A stretch of 64,000 bases of DNA from Candidatus Nomurabacteria bacterium (GTDB taxonomy: Bacteria > Patescibacteriota > Minisyncoccia > Phycocordibacterales > UBA918). Positions 58,272-64,000 of the stretch are shown here, piece after piece (positions within the stretch are counted from its first letter, which is position 1; each line of letters opens with the position of its first letter). The notes beneath the pieces were generated by a model, which was given only the letters and a program-made list of their open reading frames with translations, was not told the DNA's origin and made no database searches. The stretch spans positions 11,388 through 75,387 of the forward strand of contig CP060229.1 in NCBI GenBank assembly GCA_023898585.1, written 5' to 3'. A program made the position numbers and the translations under genes.

Positions 58272-60041
58272 TTATTCATCTGGCATAAAACCACCGGCTT
58301 GATGGTTCCATAATTTTTCGTAGACTCCGCCGGATCGTGATAACTCTTCATGATTACCATCCTCAATAATTCGACCGTTTTCCATGACTATTATCCGGTC
58401 CATTTTACGTAAAGTGGAAAGACGATGAGCAATCGCGATCACCGTTCGCCCCTCCATCAGACTCTCCAGGGCTTTCTGAATAGCTACTTCACTCTCGCTA
58501 TCAAGGGCTGAGGTAGCTTCATCAAGCACCAGTATAGGAGCGTCTTTTAACATTGCTCGAGCTATCGCTACCCGTTGTTTTTGTCCACCCGAGAGCTTGA
58601 CGCCACGTTCCCCTACCAAAGTCTCGTATCCGTCCGGTAATTCTGAAATGAAGTCGTGGGCTTGTGCTTTTTTAGCCACCTCTAACATCTCCGCTTCGGT
58701 AGCATTGGGGTTACCGTAAAGTATATTCTCACGAATACTGCGGTGGAAAAGCGCCGGCTCTTGAGGTACTACTGCGATCGCTTGGCGCAATGAATCCTGA
58801 GTAACGAGTGCGATATCCTGCCCATCAATCTCAATCGAGCCGGCGCTTATGTCATGCTGTCTAAGCAAAAGCGAAACGAACGTTGTCTTTCCAGCCCCCG
58901 ATTGACCGACAAGACCGAGCCGTTGGCCGGAAGGAATATGTAGGTCGAAATCTTTAAAAACAGCATTGCCACTGAACTCAAAACCAACCCCCTTCCAGTC
59001 AATTTGAGCTTGATCAGCCAAAAGTGGTTGAGCATTGGGAGTATCAATGATTTCATATGGTAACAATATTTCTTCCAGACCTTCTCTCATCTCGCCCACC
59101 ATTTCAGCCGCGTTGTTGAAAGCACGCCCGATAAATATGAGAGTACCGGCAATCTGTGAATACAAGGCGAGAATCAGTACAACTTCTCCAGTGCTGGTTT
59201 TTCCGTTTTGCCAACCATAGACCAGAAACCAAAACATCACCAACGAAAACACAAACAAAATGATGCCGTTCCAAAACATAATCCGTACCGAGTACCCCCA
59301 ATTCTTATCAAAGATGTTTTTTAATTGGGTAGATAAATTGAAAATTCTTTCTGCTTCCAGTTTGTTACGACTGTATTGTCGTACCGCTTGCACGTTGGTA
59401 ATAGTGTCAATCAAACCTGCCCTCAGCGCTGTATTAGCAGCCGCATTTTCCCTTGAATATTTCACTTTAGTCGGCGCAGCATATCGATTATACAAAACAA
59501 GTGTAGCAATTAGAAAGGCAAAAGTCAGGGCCGCATTGATATCGACTACTATCAAGAAAATAATTGTGACAATAAATGAAACTAGGGCTGTAAGATGTTG
59601 CCACAACATATCAGGGATAAGATTGCTAACCGCGTTGTTGACATTCTGCATCTTACTCATAAGCGAACCGGCAAACCGATCAATAAAATATCCATGACTA
59701 TGTCCGAGCAAATATTCCGTCAAACGGTCATAAGAATACTTGGAAGCATTAGTAACCCATTGTCTACCCAACAAACCACTACCCCGAAACATTAACTGAA
59801 TAATTAAGACAGCCACAGGATACAAAAGAGCATAACGAAGGGCTTTGACGGGGTCATCAGCTTCGACAGCATCAACAATCAATCTAAAGAAGTAAGCTGA
59901 GGACTGATTAAAAACCGCTGCAATAATAACAACCATCGTGACAGCTAGCGCCCACCACTTAAATGGCTTGGTAACAAACCAAAAATACCGAAATGGAGTT
60001 GATGGAATAACAAGTTTTTCTTTGCGAGGGATGGTTTGCAT
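58272..60041 (-). CDS. ABC exporter, fused permease/ATPase (MsbA/lipid A export type)
   Basis: Six-helix TMD, Walker A GQSGAGKTT, signature LSGGQKQRVAIARAM, Walker B ILVLDEATSALD. Confidence 0.85.
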   Translation of the reverse strand: MQTIPRKEKLVIPSTPFRYFWFVTKPFKWWALAVTMVVIIAAVFNQSSAYFFRLIVDAVEADDPVKALRYALLYPVAVLIIQLMFRGSGLLGRQWVTNASKYSYDRLTEYLLGHSHGYFIDRFAGSLMSKMQNVNNAVSNLIPDMLWQHLTALVSFIVTIIFLIVVDINAALTFAFLIATLVLYNRYAAPTKVKYSRENAAANTALRAGLIDTITNVQAVRQYSRNKLEAERIFNLSTQLKNIFDKNWGYSVRIMFWNGIILFVFSLVMFWFLVYGWQNGKTSTGEVVLILALYSQIAGTLIFIGRAFNNAAEMVGEMREGLEEILLPYEIIDTPNAQPLLADQAQIDWKGVGFEFSGNAVFKDFDLHIPSGQRLGLVGQSGAGKTTFVSLLLRQHDISAGSIEIDGQDIALVTQDSLRQAIAVVPQEPALFHRSIRENILYGNPNATEAEMLEVAKKAQAHDFISELPDGYETLVGERGVKLSGGQKQRVAIARAMLKDAPILVLDEATSALDSESEVAIQKALESLMEGRTVIAIAHRLSTLRKMDRIIVMENGRIIEDGNHEELSRSGGVYEKLWNHQAGGFMPDE

Positions 60042-60441
60042 ATGGTTAAAGAGACGGATAAATATGGGTTTTCTTACAGTTTACACCACAGTCAGCTATA
60101 GAATGGTAGAATCAGTGCATTATCAAATTTGGAAATCATTTCACTGAAGGAGTAAATTAAAAAAATAATTATTTATGAAATACGATTACGCAGAAAACAT
60201 AGACCGTAAGCACGAACACTCTCCCAAGGAAGAACAACAAAATAGATTAGGAGAAGCTTTTGAAAATGCTAGCATTGATGTTAACAAACTCTACAAAATC
60301 ATTTCGAAATTAAATGATGATTTACCACTAAATGAAGAAGAGCGTGAAATTATCAAATTGGTTAATGAAAACGAAAGAGGAAAAAACAACTGATATATGT
60401 TACGTATCAAAAAAGGCGCGGGTTTGAAAACACGCGCCATG

Positions 60442-60672
60442 TTAGACAGTAGAACCTGAACCGGTTGTTTTGTGGTAGATGATACAAAGAGTACCTCTCA
60501 CCTCAATTCTACCGACTTCAGAATAGTAGTATTCGTCTACTTCCGTTTCAGAAAGAGCAATATATTTCTTTCCGGAACCGGTAAGATGACGAATCTCCCC
60601 TACTTGCAGGGGGTTTTTTTCTATGTTACCCAATATTCTTTGAGCGAAGGTTTTAGTCAAGAACATGTTCAT
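60442..60672 (-). CDS. small hypothetical protein overlapping (ATGA) the kinase-like gene stop
   Basis: 76-aa ORF translationally coupled to upstream gene. Confidence 0.3.
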   Translation of the reverse strand: MNMFLTKTFAQRILGNIEKNPLQVGEIRHLTGSGKKYIALSETEVDEYYYSEVGRIEVRGTLCIIYHKTTGSGSTV

Positions 60673-61589
60673 ACTCCTCGTGTTCTTTCACGGTGACCGG
60701 AAAGTGCTTCTCTGACTCTATTAACTAGAGAGGTGTCATTTAAATGTAAAAAGTCATCATTGTCAACAAGAGTGACCTTGTACGGATCATCGCCTGGGTA
60801 CACATACGCTGACAAGCCGAAATCTATTAGATAACCCCACTTACCATCTTCCGGCATGTCATCAGATTGACTAATCATGATATTGCCGAAGTTTGTATCA
60901 CGATGATACAAGTTATTGTTATGAAGCGTTTCAATAAATGTGTTAAGGTTGCTACAAAACACATCAACGTCAAGCCAGTCAGGCAGCTTACCAATGCCGG
61001 CCAAAATATCTTTCATACTAGTAGCCGGCAATTTCTCCATCGCAAAAACCTTATCATTTCCAATCTCAATCAAATAGTAAGGAGTAGGGACTCCTATTCC
61101 AAGCTCACTATTGTCTTCCGCCAATCGATAAAAATCTTCATGTAAATTCACCTCAGCAGACATTACGTTTCTACCGCGTTGAATTTTTTCTTTCTTTTCA
61201 ACCTTGTAACAAATTTCAGCTGGAAGCTCATTACACTCACTCTTATCTATGACAACGAATGCGTCTAATCCTGAACCAATTCTCTGTTGGTTAGCTTTGA
61301 TGGAATCTAGCATTTTAATGATACCAGGAATATTAACAGATATCTCTTCAATTCCTTCTACTGCGCCCAATGATTTCATTTTGAACGTCCCTTCCAGACG
61401 TTTTAGGATTAGACTTTTAGCAATACTTAGCGCTTCAGCTGCGGTTTCTGCATTGTCAATTTTTTCTCGATTGCTGAGATGCTCAGAAAGAAAGGCATTA
61501 TCAGGATCATCCAAAATTTTTTGCAGAGCCAATTCTGCCTCTTTCTCGACAGAAATCTTTGTTTTTTCAGTTTTCTGGAATTCAATCAT
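60669..61589 (-). CDS. protein kinase-like fold protein (HRD and DFG motifs)
   Basis: Catalytic-loop-like YHRDTNFGNIMI and LIDFGLS; size compatible with an atypical small kinase. Confidence 0.5.
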   Translation of the reverse strand: MIEFQKTEKTKISVEKEAELALQKILDDPDNAFLSEHLSNREKIDNAETAAEALSIAKSLILKRLEGTFKMKSLGAVEGIEEISVNIPGIIKMLDSIKANQQRIGSGLDAFVVIDKSECNELPAEICYKVEKKEKIQRGRNVMSAEVNLHEDFYRLAEDNSELGIGVPTPYYLIEIGNDKVFAMEKLPATSMKDILAGIGKLPDWLDVDVFCSNLNTFIETLHNNNLYHRDTNFGNIMISQSDDMPEDGKWGYLIDFGLSAYVYPGDDPYKVTLVDNDDFLHLNDTSLVNRVREALSGHRERTRGV

Positions 61590-61732
61590 GGTGTCAATTC
61601 AAATCATGTAATTTGTATGCTATCATCTTACCACTTTATTCGACTTAAATGTTTAGTAACCGCTTGGGTACGGCTGGTCGAATAAAAGTCGCACGAGTGA
61701 TTAGCTCATTAGAAGAATAAATTTATTGTGAG

Positions 61733-61756
61733 CGATTAGCTCAGCTGGTAGCGGTT
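61733..61756 (+). repeat. exact copy of the first 24 nt of tRNA-Val (one of several tRNA-Val fragments in 61733..62178)
   Basis: GTGAGCGATTAGCTCAGCTGGTAG identical to 61933..61956. Further fragments at 61895..61912 (5'), 61866..61880 and 62068..62085 (anticodon arm), 62153..62177 (3' end). Confidence 0.7.
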
Positions 61757-61934
61757 CGAAAGTCTTCTTGCAGAAGCAGTACACCTTTTGAATGATGTGT
61801 TCACAGACTCCGAAACATTTCAAAAGGTCTTGCGAAGTGACATTTGTCACCCACACTTTCTCACCCTTTCCATTGTAGAGGTCAATCGAATAAATTATAT
61901 GTGAGCGATTAGCTCACCGAAATGAGTTTAATGT

Positions 61935-62007
61935 GAGCGATTAGCTCAGCTGGTAGAGCGCTACATTGACATTGTAGAGGTCACAAGTTCAAGTCTTGTA
62001 TCGCTCA
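61935..62007 (+). tRNA. tRNA-Val (anticodon GAC)
   Basis: Acceptor GAGCGAT/ATCGCTC, D-arm GCTCAGCTGGTAGAGC, anticodon stem CTACA/TGTAG with loop TTGACAT, T-arm CAAGTTCAAGTCTTG. Confidence 0.85.
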
Positions 62008-62262
62008 CATTGAACTCATTCAAAAAATTGCTTGGTAGCGGTAAAAAGTCATCCCATGATTTTTTACCATTTCCATTATAGAGATCACAAGGCGCCCTAG
62101 AATCCAAGGAGACGACAGTCGACTATGGGTTCGGAAGTGCTCTTGGGGCGCAAGTCTTGTATCGCTCACACAATTTTTATCCTCGTATAATAAACAAGTT
62201 CAATTCTTGTTCGCTCATTTTAATTTACACTACCACCTGAGTTTGTGTTCAAAGTATTTATT

Positions 62263-63120
62263 ATGGATAAAAATCTGAAAGATATTGTCATTATCTATCA
62301 CGACCAATGTCGTGATGGTTTTGGGTCGGCTTATGCTGCATGGAAGAAGTTTGGCGACAAAGCGGATTATTTACCACTTAAAACTCAAGCCAAACCTCCA
62401 GGAGGATTGACGGGTAGAGAAATTTACATATTGGACTATAGCTTTGATAAAGACACCTTGCAAAAGCTAGTCGATCAAAACAAATCGGTTCTTGTTATAG
62501 ACCACCACAGGAGCACAGAAGAAGCCGTGACCAGTTTCCCTGCTAACATATTTGACAAGAATCATTCGGGGGCTGTTTTGTCGTGGAAATATTTTCACCC
62601 CAACACCGCTACGCCACCTCTGCTTGAATATATCGAAGATCACGACCTCTGGCAGTTTAAATTACCAAACAATCGCGAATATAACGTTGCACTATCTCAA
62701 TACCCAACCACATTCGAGGATTGGGACAGGTTGGTTGAGGATCTTAAAAACGAGCAATTTTTATCTGAATACCTGAAAAAGGGTGCGATTATATCGAAGT
62801 TTGAAGACAAATTGGTTGAAAATTTACTCCAATATAAAGAAAGAGTTCTGTTTGAAGGTCACGAAATTTGGGCGTTAAACGTAGCTCGCACTTACCGCTC
62901 TATCTTGGGCCATCACCTGGCGACGATAAACGAGAAGTCCGGAGGGGTGGCCTTTGGTGTCGTATATTACAGGAATAATGGTGGGGTACATTTATCCCTT
63001 CGCAGTAATGGAGATTTTGACGTCAGCGAGATTGCAGTTAAATACGGGGGTAGGGGTCATAAAAACGCAGCTAGTATCAGAGTAGACTCTTTCACAGACC
63101 TTCCTTTTACTTTTTTATAA
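62263..63120 (+). CDS. DHH-family phosphoesterase (NrnA-like)
   Basis: DHH motifs IYHDQCRDGFGS and VIDHH; start placed at MDKNLKD. Confidence 0.75.
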   Translation: MDKNLKDIVIIYHDQCRDGFGSAYAAWKKFGDKADYLPLKTQAKPPGGLTGREIYILDYSFDKDTLQKLVDQNKSVLVIDHHRSTEEAVTSFPANIFDKNHSGAVLSWKYFHPNTATPPLLEYIEDHDLWQFKLPNNREYNVALSQYPTTFEDWDRLVEDLKNEQFLSEYLKKGAIISKFEDKLVENLLQYKERVLFEGHEIWALNVARTYRSILGHHLATINEKSGGVAFGVVYYRNNGGVHLSLRSNGDFDVSEIAVKYGGRGHKNAASIRVDSFTDLPFTFL

Positions 63121-63146
63121 GACCCGGCATAGGCGCTGAAGATGAA

Positions 63147-64000
63147 CTACTCAAAAGCGTGGCCGGCGGCTTTCAGAGCTGACTCTTTGGTTTTAGCTAC
63201 GAAAATATATCTTTCCTTATGACAAAAAACCGCTCCTTCAACTCCCGATTCTTTTTCCAGATCTCCGTCAACCAAACCGCCCCACGACTCAGGAAAAATA
63301 GCGCGGTTCTGAAAACCGTATCGGGAAACCGGTATGACTGAGGCCATCCAGCAGTCTGAATCGGGAGAAGGCACGGGAGTAACCACTACCCTCACTTCCT
63401 GAAATTCTATAAAAAAATGTCTGGGGATTGATTCGGAAAATACCAGTATGGATTTTCTGACCGCAGAATCGTAGTTGGCTTTGATTTTTTCCGACACAGC
63501 AACCCTGGCCTTACCGTGCATAATTTTTCTCTCTAGTAAACCGCGCGCGAATTCAACCGCTTGAAGAAATTGAGAATCGAAGCTTTCTTCACTCCCCCAC
63601 ACTGGTTTAATAGCATCAATAACGTCAAAAAATTCAAACGGTATTACGTCCTGTTTGTTTGGATGAGAAATGGCTATGTGATTGTCGGCGGCGTCAATCG
63701 GATAAACCAGTTTTCTTTCAATATGAAGAGCTAGGCTTTCGGAATCACAGATAGCCACCCCAAACTCTTTCCAGATAAGACCAAAGGCAGAATATGGTAT
63801 GCCATTTTCACGCTTCGGAACACCGTTTTGGTGATGATCAAAGCGCCTTTTTTCAGCATCATATACTCCACCAACATCCACCACCCAATCGGCGCTGTCA
63901 ATGATTTCTTTATTACGACTACGAATCACTTTCGTATTCTCAACACCTAGATATAGTTGCAAGGACGCGATCGCCAAAACATCATCCGGATCAAAACTGC
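63147..64000 (-). CDS. MYG1/UPF0160-family metal-dependent hydrolase, C-terminal ~285 aa; N-terminus beyond window end
   Basis: VVDVGGVYDAEKRRFDHHQ motif; the frame stays open upstream of the track's TTG start (…SFDPDDVLAIAS matches the family's FH.DEVLA segment), so the gene runs off the window. Confidence 0.6.
   Translation of the reverse strand, partial: SFDPDDVLAIASLQLYLGVENTKVIRSRNKEIIDSADWVVDVGGVYDAEKRRFDHHQNGVPKRENGIPYSAFGLIWKEFGVAICDSESLALHIERKLVYPIDAADNHIAISHPNKQDVIPFEFFDVIDAIKPVWGSEESFDSQFLQAVEFARGLLERKIMHGKARVAVSEKIKANYDSAVRKSILVFSESIPRHFFIEFQEVRVVVTPVPSPDSDCWMASVIPVSRYGFQNRAIFPESWGGLVDGDLEKESGVEGAVFCHKERYIFVAKTKESALKAAGHAFE

Noticed and set aside
1-64000. rRNA genes or large phage structural cluster
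   Set aside because: No stretch resembling 16S/23S/5S conserved cores (e.g. GTGCCAGCAGCCGCGGTAA absent); no capsid/terminase/portal-like ORFs; mobile DNA here is limited to IS/RAYT/recombinase elements.

Overview
This window reads as a gene-dense bacterial chromosomal segment. The gene content, the many small paralogous membrane proteins and the scattered tRNA genes resemble a small-genome Patescibacteria/CPR-type organism; that is inference only. I ran no searches.

Housekeeping genes are identified from textbook motifs: dprA, topA, a RelA/SpoT homolog, parB, a peroxiredoxin, miaA, trhO, gyrA, rpsA, pth, lepB, a HisRS-like gene, rpsU, ybeY, ftsA, ftsZ, trxB, a MacB/HlyD-type efflux operon, glmS and an MsbA-like ABC exporter. 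I built ten tRNA genes by hand: Leu-CAA, Trp, Tyr, Leu-TAA, Cys, Lys, Leu-TAG, Glu, Ser and Val.

The most unusual content is as follows.
1. A family of at least nine small two-helix, TrbC/VirB2-pilin-like membrane proteins. Seven sit in a tandem array at 25.4-28.4 kb. Two more are fused to secreted cell-wall-hydrolase-like C-terminal domains at 12.7-14.7 kb (one carries a clear SLT lytic transglycosylase), inside a 362-bp perfect direct repeat.
2. A roughly 3-kb element lies between convergent tRNA-Tyr and tRNA-Leu genes. It is bounded by 148-bp perfect inverted repeats and carries a large serine recombinase interrupted at its catalytic-serine motif by an IS3-family insertion.
3. Decayed partial tRNA copies flank tRNA-Tyr, tRNA-Leu(TAG) and tRNA-Val.
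4. A nucleotide-processing accessory cluster (two NDT-like genes, NUDIX, PRTase-like) sits between a tRNA-Glu with a perfect palindrome and a REP-flanked RAYT-type HUH transposase.
5. An IS1/IS1595-like insertion with a 9-bp target duplication splits an EEP-family nuclease gene.
6. Several structured or repeated non-coding elements are present.

No CRISPR array and no rRNA gene were seen.
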